In this document: positions 15,183 through 27,400 of the stretch, piece by piece
Layout: every line of letters begins with the position of its first letter
Numbering within the stretch: position 1 is the stretch's first letter
NCBI RefSeq assembly: GCF_000150275.1
Contig: NW_002060949.1
Location: 147,861 to 211,860, forward strand
From: Trichoplax adhaerens
Lineage: Eukaryota; Animalia; Placozoa
Length of the DNA: 64,000 bases
Reading direction: 5' to 3'
Notes under the pieces: generated by a model
Database searches by the model: none
The model's input: only the letters and a program-made list of their open reading frames with translations
Told to the model about the DNA's origin: nothing
Made by a program: the position numbers and the translations under genes

Positions 15183-16667
15183 TTATAGCTCATTGACTTT
15201 AATCCATATTCCAGTCGCGGATTTCATGACAAGTGGGATCGTTGTTACCACAGGTTTAGTTTCATCAATTTCTAGATGGTAGTGCCGGACAATTTTAGCG
15301 ACGGCCACTTTTAATACATTCATGGCGAATGATTGACCGATACAGTTTCTTGATCCGGCAGAGAAAGGGATATAGGAGAAAGCATCGCGTTGTGCTATTT
15401 CTTCCGATAGAAATCGCGAAGGATTATATTCATCGCGATTCAGCCAAGTATTCGCCTTACCGTGTAAGACGAAGATTGGTATATTGATCTTGGTACCTGC
15501 TAAAACTGTAATTCCATCTATTTTGACATCTTTATCGAGTACACGCTCAATCATTGGAACGGTCGTGTATAAACGCATGGCTTCCTTAATGCAAATTGTA
15601 GTATATTTAAGCTCGGATAAATCGTTCCAAGCTATATCACTTCTACCCTGTAGAACTGATTTGACTTCATCTCTTACTTTTTGCTGGTGTTCTTTATGCT
15701 TACTTAATAAATAAATGGTAAATGATAAAGCACTTGAAGTAGTATCATGGCCGGCAAACATAAACGTTTCCACTTCATTACGTATATTATTAAATGATAA
15801 ACCTTTACCATCTCGATCTCTTGCTTTGATTAATATATCTAGAAAGTCAATATAGTCTCGGACATTACTTTCCGAGCCTAATTCAACTTCACGTAGGCGT
15901 TTCCGAATGACATTCTCTGTAAAACGATGAGATTCTTTAACGCAAGTATTAAATCTTCTACCTTCCGAAGTTAAGTAATAAAGAAATGGAATATAGCCAG
16001 TAAGACTAAAAAAGCGATTGACTGTCAGCCAAGCTAATTCTTTCACAACAGTAACATAAGGATCATTTTTGCCAATAGTTTGGCATTGGGTTTTAAGAGA
16101 GAAAGAACTTTGTAGGATAATATCTAAAGTTAAAAAATTCATATCAGAGTAGATCTCAAATGATTGACCTGTAGCAGCCTGGGATGACCACTTTTCAATT
16201 ACGACATCAACACATCGATTATAGATAGGTAAATAATGCTTTAAAACACCAAAATGGAAGGCAGGCGTAACTAATTTTCTATTCCTAGCCCATTTTCCTC
16301 CATTAGAAATCAATAATCCATCACCGAGCCATTCTCGAATAAACGTATAGGAATAGTTTTCTTTGGCCCCACCTGATGCGATAACAGCTTTCGCCGCATC
16401 AGGAGAATTACAAACTAAAATGGACATGAAAGGGCCTAAACGGAGAAAAAACGATGACGGATAATTTTGACATTGCTTCTGTAAATAACTCAAAATATTG
16501 TCTGGGTTTTGCATTTCTGAAAGACTCCCGTATAGCCAATGTCCCTGTGGTGATGGAAATTGATTTAATTGCCTACGAATTTTAATTTCTCGTATGATTG
16601 GCCGGATATTGAGCAGCAATATCGCTGCAAGAACAGACAACGCCACCGTTATAGCAATCCCAATCAT
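15183..16667 (-). CDS. Cytochrome P450, CYP4 clan (copy A), intronless CDS
   Basis: N-terminal TM anchor, WLGDGLLIS, RKLVTPAFHF, EVETFMFAGHDTT, KEAMRL (ExxR), PSRF, PFSAGSRNCIG heme motif. The ORF track starts at a TTG (16727); the first ATG is at 16667 (MIGIAIT). Confidence 0.95.
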   Translation of the reverse strand: MIGIAITVALSVLAAILLLNIRPIIREIKIRRQLNQFPSPQGHWLYGSLSEMQNPDNILSYLQKQCQNYPSSFFLRLGPFMSILVCNSPDAAKAVIASGGAKENYSYTFIREWLGDGLLISNGGKWARNRKLVTPAFHFGVLKHYLPIYNRCVDVVIEKWSSQAATGQSFEIYSDMNFLTLDIILQSSFSLKTQCQTIGKNDPYVTVVKELAWLTVNRFFSLTGYIPFLYYLTSEGRRFNTCVKESHRFTENVIRKRLREVELGSESNVRDYIDFLDILIKARDRDGKGLSFNNIRNEVETFMFAGHDTTSSALSFTIYLLSKHKEHQQKVRDEVKSVLQGRSDIAWNDLSELKYTTICIKEAMRLYTTVPMIERVLDKDVKIDGITVLAGTKINIPIFVLHGKANTWLNRDEYNPSRFLSEEIAQRDAFSYIPFSAGSRNCIGQSFAMNVLKVAVAKIVRHYHLEIDETKPVVTTIPLVMKSATGIWIKVNEL

Positions 16668-16806
16668 GGCAGATGGGGGTGCTGTGAAGTAGAAGGAAAT
16701 GGTTAATGAAGCCAAATCGGTCTTCAATATCTACAGTATCTGATCTTATTGTATTTTTTTAACCTTTTGCCTTGAGCACAGTATTTCTAGGCCTCAACAC
16801 ACAATT

Positions 16807-16862
16807 TACAGTACTGTACTGTACTGTCAGGACGTACAGTACAGTACAGTAAGTACAGTACA
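16807..16862. promoter_or_regulatory. (TACAG)n/(CTGTA)n inverted pentamer cluster upstream of CYP copy A
   Basis: TACTGTACTGTACTGT (16812-16827) and ACAGTACAGTACAGTA (16836-16851) form a perfect 16-bp inverted repeat with an 8-nt spacer, about 150 bp upstream of the ATG. The regulatory role is inferred. Confidence 0.55.
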
Positions 16863-17115
16863 ATAGTCGCCCGACCCGGTGAACTCTACTGACGTACATT
16901 TCATTGTTTTATTCTGTTACTATCGTACGTTATCGTAGGTTGCGCGATCTTCGTTGACACGATATTGTCGTTGGCGTGATTCAACCAGTAAGGTGTCGAT
17001 CGATATCAAGTGAAACAAAGGATATGTCCGCCCCCCATCAATTGTCCAGTCTTCAATGACGTTGTTGATGTTCATTAGATATATGACATACTGTATATAG
17101 CTCAAACAGGCAAAC

Positions 17116-18115
17116 CTGATAGGCTGCTTCGTTAGATTAATGATCATTTTGCATCAAATCATGCGATATTATTGTTAATAAGTATTCAATATGATGTTCC
17201 TTGCCTTGATTATAGATTATAAAATGATTATTCTATACAGTAGAAACATGGCTGAACACTCTGATCGGCTGCTTCGTCAGATTAATGATCATTTGCATCA
17301 AATCATGCGATATTATTGTTAATAAGTATTCAATGTGATGTTCCTTGCCTTGATTATAGGCTATAAAATGATTATTCTATACAGTAGAAACATGGCTGAA
17401 CAATCTGATCGGCTGCTTCGTCAGATTAATGATCATTTTGCATCAAATCATGCGATATTATTGTTAATAAGTATTCAATGTGATGTTCCTTGCTTTGATT
17501 ATAGGTTATAAATGATTATTCTATACAGTAGAAACATGGCTGAACACTCTGATCGGCTGCTTCGTCAGATTAATGATCATTTGCATCAAATCATGCGATA
17601 TTATTGTTAATAAGTATTCAATATGATGTTCCTTGCCTTGATTATAGGTTATAAGTGATTATTCTATACAGTAGAAACATGGCTGAACAATCTGATCGGC
17701 TGCTTCGTCAGATTAATGATCATTTGCATCAAATCATGCGATATTATTGTTAATAAGTATTCAATATGATGTTCCTTGCCTTGATTATAGGCTATAAAAT
17801 GATTATTCTATACAGTAGAAACATGGCTGAACACTCTGATCGGCTGCTTCGTCAGATTAATGATCATTTGCATCAAATCATGCGATATTATTGTTAATAA
17901 GTATTCAATATGATGTTCCTTGCCTTGATTATAGGTTATAAGTGATTACTCTATACAGTAGAAACATGGCTAAACACTCTGATCGGCTGCTTCGTCAGAT
18001 TAATGATCATTTGCATCAAATCATGCGATATTATTGTTAATAAGTATTCAATGTGATTTTCCTTGCTTTGATTATAGGTTATAAGTGATTATTCTATACA
18101 GTAGAAACATGGCTG
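17116..18115. repeat. Tandem array, about 7 units of 143-145 bp
   Basis: GGCTGCTTCGT(C/T)AGATTAATGATCATTT recurs at 17122, 17267, 17411, 17555, 17698, 17842 and 17985. Units are nearly identical and have no unique spacers. Confidence 0.97.
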
Positions 18116-19543
18116 TACGCTCTGTACAGTAATTAGGGAACATTGAAGTTGGATTTTGAAACTTCACTTCACGTGCACTTCAGGTGGAGTTCGCTAAGTG
18201 TACAGTAGAGTACTACTAGCAGAAACTTCTGGAAAGTTTAGGTGTACTTGTAATCATCTGGTGTTTTGACAGTGCTTTGACATGATATACGAGTACATCC
18301 AGACTCCCAGTCAATAATTCCGTAATTTATTAACTGCATAAAACAGAATACGTCCGTTTCAGAGAATTTAGTAGCCGGATTGGCCAGCCTCTGAGTCACT
18401 TTGAAGCTGAGTTGACTGAGATAGGCGGTCTATAGCAGGAATTATCCATATAGGATATTAAACAGTCTCAATGCTTAAATACGGATGGATATGAAGTTGA
18501 ACTCTTGACTTTGCTACAATGACAATAGGTATACAAGTAGGAGCATGGACTTTAGATTGAAAAATCGAAAAGTCCATGGTAGGAGTAAAACTAATTGTTT
18601 AGGTAAAAATGCAAGTATGGCCGATAGACAGTACAGGCAAAAAACTGAAAGGCCTGTATGTAGAGTATTAGAGAATTCGTAATAATGGTTGATTTAAATT
18701 AATTATACATGACCGCCTATGGATTATGCATGTTCGCAGTGAGAGGAATGCTAGAATTACTGTTCAGCATAATTATAAATAATAATATTAAAACACAAGA
18801 ATAACGGATATACTGTATGAATGCTGGTACATGCTAGGACTTGATACTGCATTGTATCTATCACTAGGAGGGGATTCATGTACGTATAGTAAGATAATAT
18901 AGATATGAATTTTCTTTTAATGTAATGAATGCTATGTGTAGAACACGACCGTTCCTCTTCATTTGAGCGGGTATTCAACCAATTAATATATACGTACCTT
19001 TACTAGAACTGGATTAAGTTGGGGCAATGATTTTTACATCTGTGCGGTAGCTGAAAATGCATAAATTATATAGTGAGTATAAACCTTCGGTTTTTCCTCA
19101 ACTGTCTAACGAGAAGGAGTAAATCTAGTACAGTTGTCTAAAGATATCGCGTTTAGTCTTTCTTGTCAAAACTACGAGTTTTTTCAATCATAGTAAGCTA
19201 ACTTCCTAATGATGTCTTACCAAATTATATTAATCATCCATGATTGATATCGAATAAATTTAAATATTGTAAAGCTCGAACACGTACACTTACACAGAAG
19301 TAATGTTCAAGGTTACTAAGAAATGATGTTAAATTCGAAGCTATGCCTTAAAACAGTATAAAGGAATTTAAACTAGTATACCTGCGTAAACTACGTACTT
19401 TGAGTCAATACGCAAAAGCGATACGGATGATCTAAAGGCTACGCATCTAGAATAGTAATCTAGGAAAAATCTTGCAATATTTCTGATTCAAGTCTAATCA
19501 TATGAATTTATAATCCAATCTATCTTTATTAACCTGGTGAGAC

Positions 19544-21055
19544 TTAATTATTTCTCTCTTTTATATAGATATCATGACCATGTAATTTTAAAACCAAAGG
19601 AGCTGTAAAAGTTAGATTATTTTTCATATCAACGGTAAAGTAATATCGATAAACTAATTTAGCTACAGCAACTTTTAAAAAGTTTATTGCAAAGTTTTGA
19701 CCTATACAATTTCTTGATCCAGCTGAGAATGGAATATAAGCATATGGATGTCTACTTCCACAATTTTCTGGCAAGAATCGCAAAGGATCATATTTCTCCG
19801 GATCATCCCAAACGTCAGGATTTCTATGCAGCATGAATCCTGCGATTGCAATTTGTGAACCTGCAGCTAGGATTTTACCATCTATTTCTACATCTCTTTC
19901 TAAAGTTCGCTCTATTATTGGTACAGTCGTGTATAAGCGCATAGCTTCCTTAATGCACAGGGATGTATGCTTTAATTCAGGTAGATCTTTCCATTCTATT
20001 TCTTCTTTACATGCAAGTATTTTATCAACCTCTGATCGAATCTTATCTTGATGCTCTGTATACCTCGCAATACAGTAAAGCGTACTCGATAGCGCACTTG
20101 AAGACGTATCATGACCAGCAAACAGGAATGTATCGACTTCATTGCGTATTTCTAATAAGCTGAGGCCTTCGCCATTTTCGTACGTTGCCTTTAAAAGAAC
20201 GTCTAAAAAGTCTAAATGCTTTTTCATCTTACTGCCATCATCATGACTTGAGCTTAATTCTCCTTGACGTTTTCGAATGACATTTTCAGTAAATTCATGG
20301 GTTAGCTGGACATTGGAATAAAATTTTCTACCTGCAGAGGTAATTGAATAGATCCAATCGCTGTGGTAGAAAATATTAAAGGGTCGTTCTGTTACTAATT
20401 TTGTAATAGTACGAACTGCATTTATATAGGGATGTTTTACATTTTCCCTCTGGCAATCGAACTCAACGGAAAAAGCACAGCGAGTAATAACATCCAGAGT
20501 ACATAAACTAGCATCATAGAAGGTGTCTAATGGTTTATGCAAGCGATCTGGATTTGACCATTTCTCAGTAAGTATGTCCAAGGCTTCATTATATATATGA
20601 ACGTATGGTTTAAGTACGTCGAAATGGAAAGCTGGTGTGATCAGACGTCGATTTCTAGACCACCTTTTACCATTTTCTGTGAGTAAACCGGGTCCAACCC
20701 ATTCGTTTAGAAAGCGGTATGCAATACTAATTTTAGGTGGACTGGCATTTATAATTGTTTTTACTGAATCAGGGTGATAGCAAACAAATGATGGATATGT
20801 CATTCCATACCACATAACAAAGTATTTATCAAATACCTTACTTGTTTCGTTGAGAAAGTTTAAAAAAGTTTCTGCTGTAGCCATTTGATGAGTATTACCA
20901 ACGAACGTTCGACACTTAGGTCCATCAAAGTGACTCCCATATCGATATATTCTTAACCTGTTCTTTGCATACGAGTAAAACGAGGCAATTGACACTGAAA
21001 GGAAGTATGAACAAACTGCTATTGAAATAGGATAAAATATACTCATATCCATCAT
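19544..21055 (-). CDS. Cytochrome P450, CYP4 clan (copy B), intronless CDS
   Basis: 503-aa ORF with RRLITPAFHF, EVDTFLFAGHDTS, KEAMRL, YDPLRF and PFSAGSRNCIG. Confidence 0.95.
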   Translation of the reverse strand: MMDMSIFYPISIAVCSYFLSVSIASFYSYAKNRLRIYRYGSHFDGPKCRTFVGNTHQMATAETFLNFLNETSKVFDKYFVMWYGMTYPSFVCYHPDSVKTIINASPPKISIAYRFLNEWVGPGLLTENGKRWSRNRRLITPAFHFDVLKPYVHIYNEALDILTEKWSNPDRLHKPLDTFYDASLCTLDVITRCAFSVEFDCQRENVKHPYINAVRTITKLVTERPFNIFYHSDWIYSITSAGRKFYSNVQLTHEFTENVIRKRQGELSSSHDDGSKMKKHLDFLDVLLKATYENGEGLSLLEIRNEVDTFLFAGHDTSSSALSSTLYCIARYTEHQDKIRSEVDKILACKEEIEWKDLPELKHTSLCIKEAMRLYTTVPIIERTLERDVEIDGKILAAGSQIAIAGFMLHRNPDVWDDPEKYDPLRFLPENCGSRHPYAYIPFSAGSRNCIGQNFAINFLKVAVAKLVYRYYFTVDMKNNLTFTAPLVLKLHGHDIYIKERNN

Positions 21056-22952
21056 AATTTCTAATCATGAAAATCTGTCTGGTGTGATTATGTATTAATC
21101 AACTTATTAATTAATCGACCAACTAGATTTTAATAGTATTGATCGGCTGAATTCACCGTCTATGATGGCAGCAACTTTTTAGTAAAAAATTTCAACTACC
21201 ATTAACCAGCAGATTAATAGATAAATTATGCGTAAAGTGATATCACGTGGACGAGCTCGCCACCTCTATTGATAGTTATCTAACAATAGTTTTGTAGGCA
21301 TTTTTATCATTAATTATTCAGCAGATAGGGACTTCGTAGGGCTATATCTGTATTGGGTAATATGCAGTCTGATAGGATTTTGACCAGAAAACAGAATAAG
21401 TTTAAATAGGAATATAAATATTGGACTACAAGCTCGATAAGTAAGGAATGGATTGCACGTTTAGATAATTTAGTATATGTTGCTCATTTGAAATAAAGGA
21501 GACTTTGATTCCCGTAAATAGTTTTGTATGATGGAAAAGAAATGTGCAAAAATATTACAATCCTTCGATGCAGAAAATTTATCTATATGTTATTTAAGAA
21601 TATATGCGTATATGTGTATGTATTCGGGTATGTATGTGACATCTATAAGTAAAGTTTCAATATCGGATGATTTTTCTTTTACTTTACTTTATTCTCTACT
21701 TTATCAAATTATTCGTTTGAGTCAAGATTGCTTCTACTTCTTTCCTGTAATAGCTCATGTTTACTTTCCTTAGCTATTTTCTTTTCACCATAGAAAGTGT
21801 AGTACTAGTCCTCTGGTCAGTCATTATTTTATATCAACATTTTATAGTATAATTCTGTAATTTAATTTTCTTCTGTGAATTTAAATTTATTTAAAGAACA
21901 AAATATTTTAATTTAATGTAAACTGAATATTGAAGTTGATATATCATGAACGCTGATTTTTAAATTATTTTACCTTTTAAATTGTCTTGCGATATTTTTC
22001 ATACCGTATGATACTATTTGCAATCCTGCATTGCCTGTGTTAGTAGTCGAGCAATTTGAAAGATGAAAACTATCTGCAAAAGTTTGTGATTTAAATTAAA
22101 ATATCAAGAGGAATGAGCTTTAGATGATATGTCATGCCTGTATTTAATAAATTACACTGCTCGTGGCTCCTTGACATTTTAATTTGTTAATAACTATAAC
22201 TTAAAGAACGCACCTTACTATTACTGCATATTTCAGTCGCACATTCAAAGCTCGAGCTATTTTCGTTTGCAAAGTGTTATCTAGAATACAGTGCTGCATC
22301 CATACTGTAGAACTAATCTAGCGTTGTATATTAGCACTATATATCACGCTCATAGATAAACGATATTGAAAAATATTGAAACAGGCCCTGATTTTAGTTA
22401 TGAATCATATATACGTAAATGTTTAGACTAAATTTAGAATTAGTTACACAATTATTGTGAGTTACTGCATAAGACAGGTTTATTGAGAGATTGCATCGTC
22501 TTATAAACACACCTATGCAATAAGAAAATTCGGTAATAGAACTGATAAATGGTAATATATAACGTAACACATTATCAATATAGTTCAATACTGCACGTAT
22601 TAGTAGTGATAAGAATACATTCTTTAACTGCAATTTACAGTTATGCAGTTATGATTACTTTAATCAATGTTTTGAAAAGAATCTTGATAACAGAGTTAAA
22701 CAGTCTTGTCCGTGTATTTCAAGGCTCTTCTAATATATAAAGAGTAAGATACGTGTTTTAGCAAATACAGTAACGAATCTCTTGCACCTTCATTTTGAAA
22801 CTTTGCAAAGGTACGAGAATGAAGAAACAGCAAGTACGTAGATAAATTTGCGTAAGAGAGGTACTATATCACTTATATGAATCTATAATTATAATGAATT
22901 TAATTAAGATATTCAAATTCTATTCTTATAGTGTGATATCGACCAATGTTTA

Positions 22953-24434
22953 TTAACGCTTTTGCACCGTAATCCATAAACTGTTCGCGGCTTTTAATAC
23001 TAGCGATTGTAAATGTTTAGGACTGTAGTCTTCACCTATACGTAAATAATAGTTGTACACCGTTTTGGCAACTACTAGCTTTATTTCATTTAATGCAAAC
23101 ACTTGACCAATACAGTTTCTACTGCCGATCGAGAAAGGAATATAAGCATAAGGATCTCGATTTTGACAGCGTTCCGCCTGGTAACGATCAGGATCATATT
23201 CCCATGGAGATGGCCATACTTCGGGATTGTGGTGAAGATTATAGATAGCTATTTCGATCATGGTTCCAACTGGAGCTGTTATTCCATCTATTTCGGTGTC
23301 TTCTTCTAATATGCGAGTTACTATTGGAACCGTAGAGTGCAGCCGCATAGCTTCCTTAATACACATTGTTGTATGCTTGAGCTTAGATAAATCAGCTATG
23401 GTTAAACTATCTCGTTTGCATATATCGTAAACCTCTTGATATATCTTTTGCTGATGTTGTGGATGCTTTGCCAAGCAGTACAATGTCCACGATATTGCAC
23501 TGGCTGTAGTATCATGCCCGGCAAAAAGAAATGTTTCGACCTCATCACATATTTCTCTTTTGGTTAGTGATTTTCCCATGTTATCCCGAGCTGACAACAG
23601 GATATCGATAAAATTGAACTTTGTGGAGGACAAATCGACTTCATTATTATTAAATTGTTTTTGTCGATCTTCTATTAATTGTTGTGCAATCTGATTAGAA
23701 CAACGGCAGTTATCGGCATACTTTCGACCTGTACTGGATAGGTTGTAAATAAGATTGAGACTCTTCAGTATTTCATAAAGTCTACCCTCAACTAGTTGAG
23801 TATTTTCATTCGTTAGCTTAACAAAAGGATGACTTCGACCTGATCTCTGGCAGTCCAAGTTTATAGCAAAAGCACTACGTAGTAATATATCGAATGATAA
23901 CAATCTCACAGTATCAAATACACTAATTCTTGTATTATCAACGGCATGTTCATTCAATTTCTCTATAAATATCGATACGCACTGATTCATTACATCAACA
24001 TATGATTGCATAATTTCAAAGTGGAAGGCTGGTGTTACCAGGCGACGATTTCTTGCCCATTTTGTGCCATTCTCTAATAAAATACCACGTCCAAGCCACG
24101 GCAACAAATATTGATAAGCTGGACCATCCTTGATTGTCTTAGCTTTTATAACAGCGCGTATTGTTTCTGGATGTGAAACAGATAGTACCGGAGTTAGAGG
24201 ACCATACCATAGTAAAAATTTTCGAGGAAATTTCAGACTAAAACTATGGTAGCTTTTAAGAAATTCTTTAGGAGATGCCAACTGATGAAGATTTCCCAGT
24301 AACCAATGAGATTTGGGTCCTGGAAATTTTTTTAGGATATTAACTATTCGATAGTGACCTATAATAGCACACAGCGAACGGTAGAATATATAGGACAGGA
24401 ATAACCCTAAGACAACTTCGGCTCCAACTAGCAT
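22953..24434 (-). CDS. Cytochrome P450, CYP4 clan (copy C), intronless CDS
   Basis: 493-aa ORF with PGPKSHWLLGNL, RRLVTPAFHF, EVETFLFAGHDTT, KEAMRL, LHHNPEVW and PFSIGSRNCIG. Confidence 0.95.
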   Translation of the reverse strand: MLVGAEVVLGLFLSYIFYRSLCAIIGHYRIVNILKKFPGPKSHWLLGNLHQLASPKEFLKSYHSFSLKFPRKFLLWYGPLTPVLSVSHPETIRAVIKAKTIKDGPAYQYLLPWLGRGILLENGTKWARNRRLVTPAFHFEIMQSYVDVMNQCVSIFIEKLNEHAVDNTRISVFDTVRLLSFDILLRSAFAINLDCQRSGRSHPFVKLTNENTQLVEGRLYEILKSLNLIYNLSSTGRKYADNCRCSNQIAQQLIEDRQKQFNNNEVDLSSTKFNFIDILLSARDNMGKSLTKREICDEVETFLFAGHDTTASAISWTLYCLAKHPQHQQKIYQEVYDICKRDSLTIADLSKLKHTTMCIKEAMRLHSTVPIVTRILEEDTEIDGITAPVGTMIEIAIYNLHHNPEVWPSPWEYDPDRYQAERCQNRDPYAYIPFSIGSRNCIGQVFALNEIKLVVAKTVYNYYLRIGEDYSPKHLQSLVLKAANSLWITVQKR

Positions 24435-27400
24435 GCTAAAATTAGCTAACTGTATTACTGTTGGGAAATACGAGCATAAATGAAGATATAATTGCAGTAC
24501 TTGGTAACTGGCACAATATCAACTGTCTCTATTTCAACTATAGCTAGAGTAGAAGTATTTGCAAAATGCTAATGAGCTATATATTAGTAGATGATGGAAA
24601 GAAAGGTGTAACTGTAAAAGGTAGATCATTTCAAAATGTTGCAGAGAAGGTTAAAACTGTTCACTACTTATAGTTATTTGGGATGCGGTAATTACCCTGT
24701 AAGAAATATCCGGTTAATACGATTGTTATTGATGCCACCATATAAATGATAACTATTATTAATTTCTTATTTATATGATTAATTAGCGTACTTTGGGAAG
24801 ATTCTTCGCTATTATGATAAGCCACGGTAGACGTTATAATTATTTGTCATCATGGAATGAAAATTGCCCATCTTGGTGATCGACCGTAACAAGTATGGGA
24901 AGGAAATGAAATGTCAATATTTTCCTTCTGAATAAAATTTATTAACACCCTTGCTCTTGTTTACAAATACTGACAGCTTATTCTAAAAGAATTATATTTT
25001 AGTAAATTTTTAATTTCTTATGAACTATATTACAATACAGCTTTTAGTACAAGACTGCATTCTGTTATATTTTTAGTATACGTACAAAGGTACACCTTAT
25101 TGAAGTGATAAATTGTCTGCCAATCAAATGAAAATATGTTTTAAATAATAAAATGACTGAAATATTGACATCGTCATCGAGTTATATCGGCTTAAGACAT
25201 GCAAAATAACAAAATTGCGTTATTTCCTAACTAATATATATAAAATTTTATCGTTGATTTGATACACCTGCGAGATTAAAATTGTATCGATTTGCTATAA
25301 ATTTATACTGTATACGAAAAACGATTCGAAGCAAGCAATGCTAACTTTCAATGTTGAAACATCATACCAGTTTTCTTTTCAGCTTAAAGATATGTCAATA
25401 TGCGCATAAAATGTGACTTGAGTGATATTATTGGTATTGCATAAAATTTTATAATCTTTAGTGACGACCTTGACATTTAAAATCTAATTTCCGGTAGAGC
25501 TTTTAATTCCTAATTTTAAGTTAACATAACCTTGACATCGTAGGGATAATATTACGATGATCTCATACTTCATACAGATTATATTTGTTTATGTAATACT
25601 CTAATACTTACCGTCTACATACGTTACCCCTGTTTTAAGTGTTGTAGCAGCAGCCTAGACTCGGGCTTTAGCGAAATAATATATAGTACCTTGTGTTAAA
25701 AAATTCCGAAACTTTTCAATACAAGCTAATGTGCAACAGATTATATATGTACCTACAGTATATTGTAAGCGGCATAGAATTGCTATCGCGTGCATAAGCA
25801 CCTATCAGCAACTAGGATATGAAATATAGTATGCGTACAATCGACATTTTTAATTTAAGCTTTAAACGGTATTACATTAGTACGGTATAAATTATATATA
25901 ATTGTCGATCTATATATATTGGAAATTATAATTAATGAAATTTCAGCAATAGCAACACGGATGGATGTAAAATATTTGTTTTGCCACAGTTTCTGTGCCT
26001 ATTATCTCTGTAAATCAAATCGCCATAACATGTTATTGTTACTTTAGAGATGTAGCCTGTTTTTATGTGCTTAATCTCTCACGTACATTCACAACAATAG
26101 ACGTATGCGTATGAGCATGTTAAGAGAGGTGCATGTATGTTATTATATACTCGTACAAGTATTAGATGAGAAAGTACCACTATATCCAAATCATTTCTAT
26201 TCTCATGCTATATTAATATCTATTTTTAGATAAATTTTGGCACATTTGCACTTCTGTGTGTCACTGTTATTGCAGCTACAGTATATCAGCTACGGTTACT
26301 AGCATATAACGAATGAGTCATCATTCCATGATCGACAGGTACGTCTGAAATATAAAAATTCTCGCTATTGATGCTATCTGTTGGTGGGCTCTGTTACTAC
26401 AATGTAGTATAAATGGAATAGAGCCTACATTAGTCCTGCGTCAACAGTAATTGGTAATAACTACAGTACGAGTGTATACGTAGACGTTATTATTTTTATC
26501 AGTCAAAGCACGATGCACTAACCATATCCTAATCTATAAGTTACATATCTATTTTTACCTCCAACAATAATAGTGACCCAATACCCTGCTATACGGTCAT
26601 CCGCACTCGAACGTACAGTAGAAATTTGAATTGTGATATATATTTATGAGCTACTAAATATGCGTTACGATAAATTAGCAAGCTACGTACACTACCTTAC
26701 ATCATGGTGACATACCTGTTTAGCATATAATACGATATGTAGAGATATATAGTAATACGACGTATAATTAATTAATTAACGGCAAAGTATAATCTATATT
26801 TTACAATCCAATACTAAGTTAAGTTTCAAGCTATAAATATTATTCACTTAGATCAGCCACAATTTTTGATGTCTGATGAAAATTGAGCGGCTGCAATGGC
26901 ATCGTATCTGAAGTAAAATAAATATCACCGTAGAATAAATGCGTCTGACAATAACTATCAAGTCAAATAGTATTTTCTAAAAGGCTTTTATTACAAGGTT
27001 TTAGGAATAGTAGAGCTATAATTAATTACTACAAGAATCTGTTCTAAAATCGAAAGTATTCCGAGCTCAAAGCGAAGTGAAGTCTCTTCTCTCCTATGAG
27101 CTCACCTCTGCAGTTCTGACAAACATTTCGTTAAATCCATTTATGACAACTTGATTAATCTACAATCAGACATGAGTCATCAAACCAAATGCTTTTCTCT
27201 AATAGTACATCATTCTTTTCTACAATCTAAATCATTCTACTTAAGATGTTATTACTCTTCTATTAACGTCTAGGCCCTTTCTCCGAAGGGCGTCTTAACA
27301 ACTACAGCGTTTCTAGCTACATAAATCTTGTACCATAATTAGTCATCAACAATTTGTAATATAGTAGTTAGCAATCATCTAATATTACCTTCACGATAAT

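Noticed and set aside
16668-16727. TTG-initiated N-terminal extension of CYP copy A
   Set aside because: The sequence looks like a polypyrimidine tract and splice acceptor; ATG 16667 gives a normal signal anchor and normal P450 length.
17116-18115. CRISPR-like array
   Set aside because: Whole units repeat with no unique spacers, there are no cas genes, and the context is eukaryotic.
15484-23309. Plus-strand ORFs inside the CYP genes, and similar antisense ORFs at 7226, 7741, 35784, 56210 and 56681
   Set aside because: Antisense shadows of real exons with no independent coding signal.
27272-27292. GCCCTT..AAGGGC hairpin as a histone stem-loop or Helitron 3' end
   Set aside because: Loop length and sequence do not fit the histone stem-loop, there is no histone gene, and no other Helitron features are present.
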